Assembly (NCBI GenBank): GCA_951406725.2
Contig: OX597814.1
Location: 84,072,001 to 84,136,000 of the forward strand
Reading direction: 5' to 3'
Source of the DNA: Octopus vulgaris
Taxonomy: Eukaryota
Length of the DNA: 64,000 nucleotides
The translations under genes were made by a program, and so were the position numbers. Below are positions 40,551 to 55,615 of this stretch, in pieces (position 1 is the stretch's first letter; every line of letters begins with the position of its first letter). Under the pieces are notes generated by a model. That model ran no database searches, was not told the origin of the DNA, and was given only the letters and a program-made list of their open reading frames with translations.

Positions 40551-41257
40551 GTACATATAAATATATGCTAACACACACATACACACATATATATATATAT
40601 ATATGTGTGTGCGCGGGCGAGCGCCCGTATATAGGCATAAGTATTTACGTATTTAAACTTATGCAAAAACAGCGATCCGTTAAAATCGCACACAACAGCG
40701 TACGAAAGTAAAATACCACCAAACATAATACACCTACCCACCATACCGCCGCTTATAAATATGTATATATGCAGGTATCAACCCAGCTGTCAATTTGTCA
40801 TTCAGCGAGTCAACTGATACCTGACTCACGCTGAGTACGCAGATTCCGTATTTACACATGAGTATGTTTGAATAAGATCAATGATTGTCAGAAGGCCATC
40901 AACACAATGTCCTACATGAGTCGCCATGGTTGCGAATAAAATATGATCGTTACAATGGTGGTAGATTCTGCAGAATGCCTTGTAGGATCTAGTTTCATTT
41001 CTTTGTGATCTGCGATCAAATCTTGCTGAGATTGGTGTTATTCTTGTTTTGTGTATTTATTCATACTTTTCATCGTTCCGGGTTTGACAAAATAGGTGAC
41101 AGTCAAATTTGTGACCTTCAGCTTACGCTAAAAGTTATTTATCACTATTGTTATCATCATTGTTGTCGTTATGATCATCATCAACATCATCATCATCATC
41201 TTTAATGTCATAATCATCATCATCATAATCATCATCATCATCAGCATCATCATCATC

Positions 41258-41313
<56 letters not shown>

Positions 41314-41357
41314 TATCATTATCATCATAATGATCACCATACTACCCCTTCTTGTTG

Positions 41358-41750
41358 TCTGGCAGAGCCGTTTGAGCATCGGACAAAATGCTTAGAATTA
41401 TTCCTTCCGGCTCTTTACGTTCTGAGTTCAAATTCCAGCGGGGTCGACTTTACGACTTTACCTTTCATCTTTCGGGTTCGATAAAGTGAGTACCAGTTGA
41501 GCACTGTGGTCGGTGTAATCGACTTAACCCTTTGTCTAAATTTGCTGGTCTGTGTCAAAATCTGAATCCATCGAAGGCAGCGAGCTGGCAGAATTGTTAC
41601 TGCGCCGCACAAAGTGCTTAACAGTATTTCTTTCGGCTATACGTTCTGAGTTCAAATTCCGCTGAAGTCGACTTTGTCTTTCACCTCTTCGGGGCCGATA
41701 AAATAAATACTAGTTGAGAACTGAAGTTGATGTGATTGATTAGTCCCTCA
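41358..41750 (+). mobile_element. Two tandem SINE family B copies
   Basis: CTGGCAGA...TACGTTCTGAGTTCAAATTCC occurs at 41358-41565 and again at 41573-41750. Confidence 0.75.
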
Positions 41751-41844
41751 TGGTATTTCGTTTTTCGATTACATCGTTGCTAGTACTCTGTAGGTAATTA
41801 TTGCATCGACTGCGAAGAAGCATGATGGAAAAAGTCAGCTGCGG

Positions 41845-41981
<137 letters not shown>

Positions 41982-42073
41982 TGTGTATAAATATTCACCA
42001 AAACATACAAACACACATGCAGGCACACGCACACACACACATTCAGAGAGAGAGGGGGAGTGTGTGTGTGAGA

Positions 42074-42107
<34 letters not shown>

Positions 42108-42921
42108 AACCATTGTTAACTTTCTACACATCTTTAGATATTAAAAGACTAATAGAAAATCATTTCTTACCTCACTCTCCACATACATTTCTATTTCTGG
42201 AATTTTATTGACTTTTTCCTTCGTTTCATTAAATTCCTATGTTTATTACTTTGTTACTATTAATATTTTCAGCTTTCTTTATATATTTCTTTACTTAAAA
42301 CAAACTCATAGACTCCAAAGTTAAAGTTTGAAATCACCAACAGTCTATAAAAACGCTTTACGATAAAAATATTTTTACTTAATTAAGTCTTGAACCAATT
42401 TACAATTTGAGCAATTTTTATTTTTATTTTATTATATTTCATTTCTCTTTCAAAAGAACGTTTATTTGACGTTTTATGTCACCATCTTCATTTTCTCTCA
42501 TTCAGTCCTGAAGACTATTTTCGAATTATATTTCATTTGCCTTAACATTTAACATACACCGGAGCATTTTATTCATAATGATAACAGTTCGGAGAGAAAA
42601 TAGACTACAGAAAAATGTATAGATGTGTCAGCTATACCCGCCAAATCATATAATTTCCATATTCGTTAAATATTCTGATTTAAATTTTAGTTTTCTTACT
42701 TTCCCTCAGATTTGATTCAACAAACTTGAAACCAGTTTTTCACACAAGAACGTTATAAATTGTTTAACGTTTCCTATTCAAATCTATTTTACTTCCCCCA
42801 AAATAACCTTTCATAAGTGTGAATCAAAAATCAAAAGAATCTCGAAATCATTCCCTTTCTGTCGCTTATCCTCTCTCCCTCCCTTCTCTATTTCTCTCTC
42901 TCTCTCTCTCTCTCTTTCTCC

Positions 42922-42977
<56 letters not shown>

Positions 42978-45723
42978 TTACGTGTGAGTAAGTGAGAAGT
43001 AAACATAGTTGAAAATCCACATCGAAAGATTTCGTGGAATCAACCTTGTGATCAACTGTCATTTTAAGCAAGTTTCAGCCCTTGATACGTAAGGTATGAA
43101 CTGTATGCATGCAATAGACTTTGCTCCTTTTTAATATATGTATATATGTGTGAATGTGTGCGCGCGCGTGCCGAATTGTTCCTTCTTGTCAGTTGTATAG
43201 CATCCCCATGATGAACCGTTTGCAAAGTCTCCATGTTATCCACAATTATCTCCAAAGTTTAAAATTCTAACACATTTAAATTCATACATACATACATACA
43301 TACATGCATGCATACATACATACGTGTATGTGCACGCGTGTGTGTGTACGTGTTGTGTGCATATGCATGTATGTATACACACACACACATATATTGCTCG
43401 ATAAAATTCGTCGTTCGATTGTGGTTGTTTCTCGATTTTAAACTGCTGACTCCAAATTCATTGTGATGCTCAATATCTTTTTATGTTATTAACTATAATA
43501 CCAGTTCTTTATTCATAGTCTTCGCGCTTATTCTGGTTGATCAGCGAATCAAAATAAGATATTTGCTATGACGAGCATATATTAAATACTAGAGTACATT
43601 CCCTGGCATATGAGGCAGTGCAAGTCGAATGAGATGATTTCAATGAAAAATCCTAAGTGGCACATCTACATTCACTCGGTTTGAGAGCGTATCATTTGTT
43701 TTACAGGACTGTCTATATCAGACAATAAGATAGCGCAATAATATACTGATACAGAAATAATATCTAACGTGTATATTTAGGGAGAGAAAGGGAAAATTAT
43801 ATAGAATTTGGAGACAAAAACAGATACTGAAAGCAATAAAAAGTTTGAATCTATATCCTTAGGCAATACATTGTTATGTACATTTATGTATGTGTATATA
43901 CACTTTATGTGTGCGCGCGTATATACTTTATTTATACTTACATACATATATACGTGCACACATACATATAGAGATGTATGTGTGTGCGCGCGTGTGTATG
44001 TGTGCGTGCATGTGTGTGTGTGTTTGTGTGAGTGAGTGTACTATTCTCATTATTAATATTTTGAATATCAGTAGGACAAGGAGAATATAAATTGAAAGAA
44101 ACCAAAATAAAATGGTAAAACTGAGAATGTGTGTGTGCGTGTGTGTGTATGTGTGTGTGTGTGTGCTTGTGTGTGCTTGTGTGTGAGTGTGTGAGTGTGT
44201 ATAAAAAACAGAGAGTTTACAAATTGATTCTTCTCATTTCAAAGGAATTGCCGACTCCGACAATTGTAGATTTTATTTTGTATCTATTGCATAGAATTTC
44301 CAGACATTTGGTTGGGTGCACTAGCAACAGGAGATCGATAGTTTATTGCAGCATGGAAACTATTTTTTCTGAAGGAAGCCACATACAATTTTGGAGACTT
44401 TATCCATTAGGAAAATACGTGCAGACGATAAATGAAGGAAAATCTAATGACAGAATTCGTCTGCTTCATTGAGTTGCTAATGGGACGTATATAATCCATA
44501 CGTGCATCTATAAGTTAATTACCATTAAGTTTGTGTGTGTGTTATATCGTATGTTTAAGTGTATGACTGTGAATGAATGATATACGTACATGTATACACA
44601 TACACATGTATACGTGCACACACATATATTAGATATATTTGTGTATGTGTACCTGTGTGTATGCATGTATATATGTGTGTGTGCATGTGTGTGCATGTAT
44701 GTATGTATGCATATACTATACGAACACTAACGTGAGCATGGTCGTGTCTGTTTATGCGTATATATGTATATGCATTTGTTTATGTATGCGTTAATAAGGT
44801 ATGTCTAGTTATAAAAAAAAGTTATATGGACAAGCGAAAATATGTAAAAATATATAGATGCAGACAGACACGTTGTTGATGTTTCGTACCGGGCCAGCCC
44901 TCGCCCAACAGAAATATGAATTGACCGTGACCATCCCAATTTTCTTTAAGGTATCGGTTATCCAAGATTACATTATCAAATGTTTCCTGTTTTATTTCAG
45001 AAAGTAAGGTATGATTCTGAGGGAAATTTGGTTGCTAATTTTAGCAAGTGGGGCAACCGCATGGTTTAGCATATATCTATCAATTCATACCTGTAAGAAG
45101 CTGATCTTCTTTAACACGTATAATATAATACATGTTTCTAATTTTGACACAAAGTCAGCAGCTGTGGAGAAGGAGTGCGTCGATCCCCGCGGAATTCCAT
45201 CTCAGAACGTAATGACTGATGAAACGCCGCTAAGCTGTCAGCTCGCCGTCTTTTCAACACGTATAATATAAAAGCTTAATGCTAGATTGTGTACAGGTTT
45301 TTAACTTGTAAGCGTTGCATCTCAATGCAGAAGGTACTTTAAGCAATTGACATATTAAGCAAAATATTTTTTCTTGCTTTGCTCTAAAATGATTTGGAGT
45401 TAAAATACCTGGTTAGAGTATATGGGCCCAAAAGTGAAATATGGGTTCTATCTAAATAGGTTCTCATTCAGCGCTTGTCCATTTAGAACAGTAGCACAAC
45501 GTATGTTTTGAGCGCCCTGTATGGTACTCGATTTAGCAGCTCTTTCCTTACACGTAACATAACTTCAACGACAACAAATATACGTATGTAAAGTGACTGC
45601 TCTGTGCGGTCTGCATATTCCACTCACCTCTCGCTACCGCACTTACTCAGAATTTACCATGCTATTTAGATTTACATGTACACACACACATACACACACA
45701 TATACATATATATGCCTATGTGC

Positions 45724-45754
<31 letters not shown>

Positions 45755-45869
45755 TGTATGTATGTATGTATGTATGTATGTATGTATGTATGTATGTATG
45801 TATGCATGCATGTATGTATGTATGTATGTATGCATGTATGTATGTATGTATGTATGTATGTATTCTCTG

Positions 45870-46110
45870 CTATTTTTTAAAATTATTATAAATCTTCTAC
45901 AAGGATCCTTCTTTGGGATGTAGTTAACCCAGACAAATTCACATTTGGAACTTGAGAAAAGTCTTGCGTATTTTTACTGTTCCACTCACAGATTGCACTT
46001 GTAATGTACGAATTAGCCGTCGATTTCTCTTTCTGAAAATCCCAGTTTATCCAGATTCTCCTTTAAGCATTTACTAACAAAACATAGTGCTCCAATTATT
46101 ATTGCTATGA
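45870..46110 (-). mobile_element. 3' fragment of a REL-endonuclease LINE
   Basis: IAIIIGALCFVSKCLKENLDKLG resembles the PIIVGALG C-terminal motif of the other R4/Dong copies. Confidence 0.45.
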
Positions 46111-46141
<31 letters not shown>

Positions 46142-46239
46142 TGTATGTATGTATGTATGTATGTATGTATGTATGTATGTATGTATGTATGTATGTATGT
46201 ATGTATGTATGTATGTATGTATGTATGTATGTATGTATG

Positions 46240-47662
46240 TATTTTGGTTGTTGGAATGTGCGCACACTTCTTGATAATTTCAACAAGTGGCCAGATAGGC
46301 GTACTGCACTTAATGCTTGTGAGCTCAAGAAATATTCCCTTGATATAGTTGCGCTCTCTGAAAATCGTCTCTCTGGTGAGGGTCATGTAAATGAACCTAC
46401 TTATGGATATACTTTCTTTTCGAGAGGCCTACCTAAAGGTCAGCGTAGTGAATCAGGTGTTGGGTTTGCTCTCAAGAATACATTAGTATTCTCCATTGCA
46501 GAACTTCCAAGTGGTATATCTGAACGGATCATGTCATGCCGTATTAAACTGACAAAAGGTAGGTTTCTTATCGTTGTCAGTATTTATGCACCAACAATGT
46601 CCCATTCTGATGAAACTGTAGGACAGTTTTATGATGATCTAGCACAATTATTGAGGAAAGTACCAATTTCTGACAAGCTGGTCATATTGGGAGATTTCAA
46701 TGCAAGAGTTGGAAAGGACTATGTTTCATGGCTTATTTTAGGTCCACATGAGATTTGGAAAATGCAATAAAAATGGAGTAGCTCTTTTGACGCTTTGTTA
46801 TGAGAATAATCGGGTTGTCACCAACACTCTGTTTAAGCAGAAAAAATAAATATAAACCCACCTGGATGCACACAAGATCTAAGCACAGGCATCTCATAGA
46901 TTATATTCTGGATAGGAAACGTGATATGAAAGGCATTTCTAGCGTTCAGGTCATGAGAGGGGCAGAGAACTAGACTAACCATCATCTAGTGCGTGGAAAA
47001 ATAGATTTTTCGATAATGCCTAAAAGTCGACAGTATGGTCCTAAGGTACCCAAAAAGTTAAATATTGCAAACTTTAAATTATCAAGCAACTTGCAAAGAT
47101 TCCACCATGCTATAGAGAGTATCAATCTTGACCTAAACAATCTATGGGAAGATTTCAAAACAAAAGTATTTCAGGCTGCAAGTTCGTCAGTGGGATTTAA
47201 ATCTCATAAATCCATAGACTGGTTCTCAGAAAGATCAGCAGAAATTCATGATCTACTTTTTGAAAAACATAACTTAGGCGATACACTTCTTTCTCAGCCC
47301 TTGAACCCTAACTCAAATGAAACTTACAGAAACTTGAAAAGGAAGGTGCAGACTGCTCTAAGGAAAATTAAACAGGAATGGGGAAATGATAGAGCAAAAG
47401 GGGCACAAGAAGCAGCTTTTAGAAATGATGCCAAGGGTTTGTACTCTTATGTTAAGGAGGTATATGGCCCAAAATCTTACTCAATAGCTCCTGTGAGAAC
47501 AGAAAATGAACGTTTTCTTCTGACACCGCTTCTCTTCATAAGCGGTGTGTAGAACATTTTTCTGCACTTTTGAATAGACCATCATACGCTGACGTATGGA
47601 TGATAGAAAAAATTGAACACCTTCCAGTTATAGAAGAGATGGCATTTGAACCAACTCTAAAT
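46240..47662 (+). mobile_element. RTE-clade LINE, apurinic endonuclease region (5' part, degenerate)
   Basis: GCWNVRTLLD, DIVALSENRL, GVGFAL, SIYAPT, ILGDFNARVGKD, then WMH.RSK.HLIDY. Bounded by (TATG)n and (GAA)n. Confidence 0.9.
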
Positions 47663-48027
47663 GAAGAAGAAGAAGAAGAAGAAGAAGAAGAAGAAGAAGA
47701 AGAAGAAGAAGAAGAAGAAGAAGAAGAAGAACAACAACAACAACAACAACAGTACTTGACTGGCTGGCACTATATTTATCGATCTCCTAGAAGAATGAAA
47801 GCCAAAGTTGACCTCAGTGTGATTTGAACTCAGATCGCAGAGAGTCGGAACAATTGCTGCAGTTATTCGTGCATATTTGTGCATTGTATAAACCAGGTGT
47901 TCAAATGCACACATCAGACAATACACAACACGCCCCCACCGCCACAGAATATGGCCCATTAATAACATATTGCGATGGTGACAGAGGTTATAACAGCAGC
48001 GGCGGTAGCAGCAGCAGCAGCAGTAGT

Positions 48028-48103
<76 letters not shown>

Positions 48104-48391
48104 ATTGTGTTACGTACCGATACTATTGTTAGCATTGATGCTATATTGGAATTAGTGAGGTGGATATATAAAGATGTTAAGTGATGCTGGCAGTGGTTGT
48201 CACTGTGGTGGTATGCTGTTATAGTTATGAAAGTGGTTTTGGTTGAAATTAGTGGTGATCTTGGTAATGGTTGAGGGGATGGTTGGTAGCAGACATCGTT
48301 GAGGTCTTCTTTCAATAAAATAGCAACAGCAGGGGTAGCTGTGATGGTGGTGGTGGTGGTAGTAGTAGTAGCAGCAGCAGCAGCAGCAGTA

Positions 48392-48433
<42 letters not shown>

Positions 48434-49654
48434 ATAGTAGTAGTAGTTGTTGTTGTTGTAGTAGTAGTAGTAGTAGTTGTTGTTGTTGTTGTTGTTGTAG
48501 TATGTTATTTGCTTTTCATCTGCTGCTGCAACTGTTGACGTTGTTAATGATGATGATAATAACGTCGACGAAGACGACGACGATGATGTTGATGATGATG
48601 ATGAGGAGGAGGAGGAGGAGGAGGATGGTGACGGTGACAATGACGATGATGATGGTGATGATAACGACGACGACGACGACGACAACGATGATGATGATGA
48701 TGATGATGATAGAAAAAAACCTACATTTTGTTTTTGGTGGTTAACATTATCATTAAAAGCAGCATTCCTTTTCTTACACATTTTTTTTTCTCACACACAT
48801 CTCTTCATGCAGCAACATTCATCGTTTAACAGACTTGCTGAGCTAATGAATTTCTGTACGAGAAAGAATGATATTTTCTGCCTGAGATATCACTGAGTGC
48901 ATTTTAGACGAGGAACGAGGACTAAAGAATAGAAACAAGAAAATGAAAACAAAACAGCAACAAACAAAAATAGAACAATGTGTACTTTGCAATCCGGTGA
49001 AGCTTTTCAATCAAGTTCTTTCTTACTGAAAACTCAGACACCAGTGTATGTACGCGTATGTATGTCGTTGTTCGTCGAAATATTCATGATTGCATGTTGT
49101 GTGTATGCGTTTGTGTGGCTTGTGGTTGGGTTTGTTTTTGTTTATTTTTAGTTGTTCAATATTGCTATTTATTATTAAAAGAAATCATTATTGCCATTAT
49201 TATTTCAGCAGTCTTAGTTTTATTGCTTGCTTTCACTGCACAATTGAGTGCAGCACTGCGTGCTTTTGGGTACACGTGGAACTTTGTTTTGTTTTTGTGT
49301 TTTCTATTGGAAGTATTCTACGTAATGTGTGTGTGTATGCGGTGCAGCTGTCTGCTAACGTCTGTATATTGTTTATGTGCGTATGCACTGGGTGTCTGGG
49401 TTATATATTTGTCTTCATGTCTTTTTATCATTTTCATGCGTCTGCTTTCAGTCCCCCACATACTGGATATCTATATTTCCAGATGTAAATTTCAATACAT
49501 TCGCCATTTATTTACTTTCTTATTTAATTATAATATTTATTCATTATATATATATATTTATTTATTTTGTTTGCTGAGTCTGGAGGAAAGGACATATGCC
49601 TTGACCTGAGATCAGCGAGTTTGATGTCGTTAACGTTCCATTTAATGTGTTGCG

Positions 49655-49807
49655 AGCAGAATAATTAACACACCGGACAAAATGCTAGGCGGCATTTCGT
49701 CCGTCTTAACGTTCAAATTCTGCCGAGATCAACTTTGCTTTTCATTTTGTCAGGTTCGACTAGCTCTCTCCCCTAAAATTTCAGGCCTCGTGCCTATACT
49801 AGAAAAG

Positions 49808-49808
<1 letters not shown>
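49655..49808 (+). mobile_element. SINE family B fragment
   Basis: CCGGACAAAATGCTAGGCGGCATTTCGTCCGTC...GGCCTCGTGCC. Confidence 0.6.
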
Positions 49809-49881
<73 letters not shown>

Positions 49882-49930
49882 CATTATTATTATTATTATT
49901 ATCATTATTATTATTATTATTATTATTCAG

Positions 49931-50397
49931 TAGTTTTATTTTTATTTTTATAGCGTGCTTTCCCTTCACTACCGAGCGCAGCTCTGTGTGCCTTGGGTAT
50001 GTGCTGTGATTTGTTGTGATGCTCTGATGGTTATTGTATGGAAAGTGTTCTGCGTAGGATGTGTGCAGTGCCTAGTAGTGCAATTTTCTGTATGTTATAT
50101 GTGTTTGTAAGTCCTGGTGTTTTTGTTATGTATTTGTCTGAATATTTTTTTATCATGCCTAATGCACCTACTATGATAGGAATTGTTTCTGTTTTCAGAT
50201 TCCACATTCTAGTTACCTCTATTTCCAGGTCTTTGTATTTTGAGAGTTTCTCCATTTCTTTTAGAGACACGTTGTCATCTGCCGGTACTGATACATCAAT
50301 TAGAAAGCATTTTTTTCTTCATGGTCTCTGACAACTATATCTGGTCTGTTGGCCTTAATTTCTCTATCTGTGTGTATCGGCATATCCCAGAGTATGG

Positions 50398-50398
<1 letters not shown>
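49931..50398 (-). mobile_element. 5'-truncated Dong/R4 LINE 3' end inserted in a (TAA)n tract
   Basis: Open frame TILWDMPIHTDREIKANRPDIVV...LIDVSVP...KYKDLEIE...PIIVGALG...ALLGTAHILRRTL*. (TTA)n on both sides. Confidence 0.9.
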
Positions 50399-50441
<43 letters not shown>

Positions 50442-51054
50442 CATTCATTGAGAAACTCACGTTTCACAGGGCCCCAAGTACAAGATAGTTTCTTAGAAAG
50501 AAAAACATATTTCACCCAGTTTTACTAACAGAAAGTTTTCAAATTATTTGAGGATTGATCCATTACCCGGAGAAGAAAAAAGGTTTGCCTTTGGGCATCT
50601 TATGAGGTTTAAACATTTGTAACAAATAATCAATTACACTATATTTACACATGTTACAAGATGGTAATCTCAGAAGTAGCAGGAAAAGGTGCTCATAAAT
50701 TTGGTGATAGGAATAATGCATACACATTATTTTCAAACAAAAAAATAAAAAGGGTCAGGCAGAAGTTAAATCTTAAACATTTACATGTGTACAAATGAAG
50801 GCAGACACACAATAAAGAATACTATTGAAACCATTATTTTAAATGGGAAAATTAGAAGGGGTAGCAAAGCCGATACCATCAATAATGTTCCAACATGTAC
50901 TGATGTACTGATGTTGTGGATCGCAATGGATGATTCAAGGATGCTCAAAGAAAAGGAAACAATAAATAAGGTTTGACACAAATGGCAGAACCTCCTTGCC
51001 CCTCGAACTTATTCACGAAATGGTAAGAATTGCGACATACCTCTACTTTTCAGA

Positions 51055-51690
51055 AAAAAGAAATAATATACGCTTTCGTACACTCTCAGAAGAGGAGTTG
51101 GAGGATGTCCTTAGAGGACGCTCTTTGGAGTAAGCCCTGGCCGATATGTGGGAAAATGTACACTGCATATCAAGATTGGAGCATATGAAAGCATGTGCTT
51201 ATATATGTGTTTTTCGTTTTTTTTAAGACCGAAAATGGGGTGAGAACAGCGGTGCTTCTCACACTTTCTCTTACAATAGTACCACAGTACATATGTTTAG
51301 GGACCACTAAGAGTAAATAAACAGACGCCGACCCTTGGCTAGTCGTCATATTTGCTCAACATTATGGCCAAAAGGAGCATGGAAATAATCTGCAACCTCA
51401 TGTGTTCATACGGGGTATGTATGCGTATCAAATCCTAATGATCCCACCCGGGAATCATTTGACTACAGCGCTATCCCGATGTGGTACTCCAGATGGAACA
51501 AAGAGAAGGTCAAACAGACTGATGGCGCAGAGAAGAGGGTCTGTTGCTACACGTGTGGTGAAAAAGACCGGAAGTGGAGCAACAAAGAGAAAAAGGAAGA
51601 CAATACAAGAAGCATTACCAACAATAACAAGTCTCAGGATGTGCTGATACCGACGTTTTTGAAGCACCACCGGTGGCATCTCATTGAGTG
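51055..51690 (+). mobile_element. Possible degenerate L1/Tx1 ORF1 remnant
   Basis: FRTLSEEELEDVLRGRSLE*ALADMWENVHCISR and a knuckle-like VCCYTCGEK. Weak. Confidence 0.35.
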
Positions 51691-51718
51691 TGTGTGTGTG
51701 CACGTGCACATATATAAT

Positions 51719-51808
<90 letters not shown>

Positions 51809-51990
51809 GAGGGAATCGATTAAATTAGCTCATAATGTTATATAATCTTGCATATTGTTGCCAAATTGTATGATGTACTGTGTTCTTCATAAAATTTTCC
51901 TACTGAAACATATGAAGTAAAGCACAAAACAACCAGTCGTTCCATCTTTATTACGATGTGTGTGTGTCGGTGTGTGTGTGTGTGTGTGTC

Positions 51991-52124
<134 letters not shown>

Positions 52125-52149
52125 TATGTATGTACGTATAGCTGTACGT

Positions 52150-52800
52150 AGGGTTTTACAGAATGTTCTGTTCGATTACAAGTTTAAACCTGTTGAAACC
52201 TGTTTTTTGTAAAAACTATAAATATTAGTGGTATTCACTGATGTATAAGTTCTCATAGAGCAGCAGCTATATTTTAGTATATTAATTTTTTATATGAAGA
52301 ACTCATCATAGAACCAATCAAAGAGCACATTCATCAGATTATGCTTTATGCGTTTTACAGAGATTCTAATGTTAGTGAACAGGCCAAAACATTGCAATAG
52401 TTTTCTTGGTCAAGATGCAGTGAATGAAAAAAAAACTTGCAGAAAGTGGTGTGAAAAATTCAGACATGACAATTTCAATTTACTTGATGAATCTAGTGCA
52501 AAACAGCTTTCCAAATTGGATGACAAAATGACGGAGATATCACTAGTAAGAAATCCGATTGTGAGAAAGCTTTCCATTGCGTTTAATGCAAGCATTTTGC
52601 TCATTCATAATCATTTGAAGAAGCTAAAAATGTTTCATAGTCGGGGAAATAGATTCTTCATGCTCTTTCGACAGCAAATCGTCGACAAAGACTTCATATC
52701 TGTGAATTGCCCCATGCATTTTAACTCCAAGCAACATTTTAAAACAGGATCTTGACTGAAGATGAAAAGTTGATTATTTACAGCAATATTACACAGCGTA
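52150..52800 (+). mobile_element. Degenerate mariner (Mos1/SETMAR-like) transposase remnant
   Basis: KEHIHQIMLYAF; GQDAVNEKKTCRKWCEKFRHDNFNLLDE (mariner HTH region); TGACTGAAGATGAAAAG resembles the T(G)DEKW motif. Confidence 0.7.
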
Positions 52801-52804
52801 TAGT

Positions 52805-52975
52805 AAAGCGGCGAGCTGGCAGAATCGTGAGCATGCTAGGCAAAATGCTTAGCGGCATTTCGTCTTTAGGTTCCGAGTTCAAATTCCGCCGAGGTCGATT
52901 TTGCCTTTCATCCTTCCGGGGTCGATAAAATAAGTACTAGTTGAGGACTAAATTGTGCAAACATTTGAAACAAAT
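52805..52975 (+). mobile_element. SINE family B copy
   Basis: GCGGCGAGCTGGCAGAATCG...GAGTTCAAATTCCGCCGAGGTCG...GGGGTCGATAAAATAAGTAC. Confidence 0.8.
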
Positions 52976-54469
52976 ATTAGATATTATGATTGTATTTTTA
53001 AATAAATGCTAAGAAAAGGACAGAAGTTTCGACACATCTGTCTGTCTGTCTGTGTGTATGTATGTATGTATGTATGAACACATGCATGTGTGGATATATG
53101 AGCATGCTAACATGTTTTGTAATCCGTTTTGTATGGACAAGTTGTATATTGAATGTATGGGTCCATATGGCCAATAAAGAAAGTATTATTATTTAGTAGT
53201 AGTGGTGGCAGTAGTGGTGGCAGTAGTAGTAGTAGTAGTAGTAGTAATCTAAAGCAGCTGTGTGGGAGATACGATAGTGTGCCGAACTATAAAATGCCTT
53301 ACAAGCATTTCGTTATGTTCTTTTACGCTGGGAGTTCAATTCCGGCACAGATCGGTATTGCCTTTCATCTTTTCAAGTATCGATAAAATAATTAAGTATC
53401 AGTCAATTACTGGAGTGGATTAAATTGACTACACCCGCCCTCCAAAATGTGTGGCCTTGAGCCAAAATTTATCATCATCATCAACAGCAGTATGATCACC
53501 ACCACTACTTCCACTATCATCATCATCGTTATCATTATCATCAGAAGTAGGCGATGGTAGGGGTGGGGTGGGGGGAGTGGAGCTGATAGCGGCCACGCTC
53601 ACCTGCATATTTCATCTCACACATCGCTTCATACATATTTAAATATTGAAATACATAATTCGATACTGACATAATACACCTGAAAGGGGGAGAAAGGAAC
53701 AGAGAGGCGGGGATGGGATAAAGGGAGAAAAACATTTGTTCATATACATACACCTGTGTGCTTACACACACACACACATACACACTTGTACATACGTATA
53801 CATACATACAGACAGGCGAAACAGGCAGACAGACAAAAAAGACAGACAGACATGCCTATTGATAAAGGATGTAAAAAAAATAAAGCCGATTCAGATTCCG
53901 TGCATCAAATGATGTTTGAATTAGATGCAATCAGGTGTAATTTTTCACAGTCTACATTCCCTTGGTGATACGAGATCCACTTGATGCCGATAAAGGCCCT
54001 TCATCTACACGGGATACATGCCGACGCAAGCCAACACTAGTTTCCTCGAATTCCATATTTTACCCTACATACCAATGTATAACATACCTAAGTCAGCAAA
54101 GCTCAGCATTATTGGCGATTATTGTGCCTCTTTCAACGCATTTTACAGATTGTTTTCTTTTCTTTTTTCTCTTTTCGCTTCCTTTTCCTTTCTTTGTTTT
54201 TGGGGGTATCTATGTATCTAAGTTTTTAGTTAGAATCCAAGTATATGTCTGCGTGTTTAAGCGTAAGCGTGTGCTTTATAAATATACGCACACAAATTTA
54301 TATGAATATGCATTACATACATACTTACATACATACATGCGTACATACGTATGTTTTGTTCTCTCATTTTTTTCAATTTGAAGTCTTCCTATAAGGAAGG
54401 AGCTTGTTTCTAATAAAGATACAACGCTCAATAGTCTGGCATATTTTTACTGTTCTGCTTACAGATTAT

Positions 54470-54715
54470 GGAGGCGCGTGGCTTAGTGGTTAGAGTATCA
54501 GCATCATGATCGTAAGATTGTGGTTTCGATTCCTGGACCGGGCGATGCGTTGTGTTCTTGAGCAAAACACTTCATTTCACGTTGCTCCAGTCCACTCAGC
54601 TGGCAAAAATGAGCAACGCTGCGATGGACTGGCGTCCCGTCCAGCTGGGGAGCACATACGCCATTGAAACCGGGAAACCGGGCCCATGAGCCTGACTAGG
54701 CTTTAAAAAAAGAGC
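54470..54715 (+). mobile_element. Intact tRNA-derived SINE family C with 13-bp target-site duplication
   Basis: A box TGGCTTAGTGG, B box GTTTCGATTCC. GCTTACAGATTAT occurs at both 54457-54469 and 54716-54728. Confidence 0.9.
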
Positions 54716-55120
54716 GCTTACAGATTATATGTGCGTGTTTGCTGGTTGATTTCTTTTTATGAAAAGCCTAACCTTTCCAGACTGCCACTTAGGTTTTTGC
54801 TCACAAGACCAAATGCACCAATTATTATAACTAAAAATATGAATTTAAAATCTGGGTATAGAAATTGAAGGTTTCAAAGTAGTTGATCATAGTTATCCTC
54901 TTTCTCTTTGATTTTCGAAAAAATATTCGCATTAGCATTGTGATTTTAGGTAGCCTATATTTTTCAAGAATGGTGTTGAATCAGTTTGTTACGTAATCAA
55001 GTGCCCAATAATTACAGGTATAAATCTAAATCTATATTTTGAGTAATCTGCTTGTTTCTCATTGCTTCGGCATAGATATTTTCCTTATTTTTTTATCTGT
55101 GTGTGCATGTATGTGTTATG

Positions 55121-55151
<31 letters not shown>

Positions 55152-55201
55152 GCATACAAACATGTGTATATGTACGCATGCATACATAATGCAAATCTGT
55201 A

Positions 55202-55232
<31 letters not shown>

Positions 55233-55567
55233 GAGAGAGAGAAAGAGAGAGAGAAAGAGAGAAAGTGTGAGAGGGAATGGGTGAATGTGCATGTGTACAT
55301 GTGTATGTGGGTGTGTGTGTGTGAATGTGTGTGTGCGAGCACGCACGAGTCTAGGTTTTCACAAATGAGTCTTGCTTCATCCATTGGCTATGATTGGAGA
55401 GTAAGTTCTGCTGTGACAAAGCAAAGTGCCTATTCTGAACTTCTTCCCGACTTATACTTGCAGATACACGCGGAGTTATATATACAAAAGCACATACACA
55501 TTAACAAAAGAACAAACACACATGCTCAAATATACATATGCATATGTAAACATACATATATACACGT

Positions 55568-55615
<48 letters not shown>

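Noticed and set aside
49573-49616. Hammerhead-like arrangement GCTGA..CTGGAGGA-AAGG..CCTT-GA..TCAGC
   Set aside because: Both core boxes are corrupted (no CUGANGA, no GAAA). At best a dead relic.
54470-54540. tRNA gene
   Set aside because: The tRNA-like head is followed by a SINE body and TSD; it is a SINE, not a tRNA gene.
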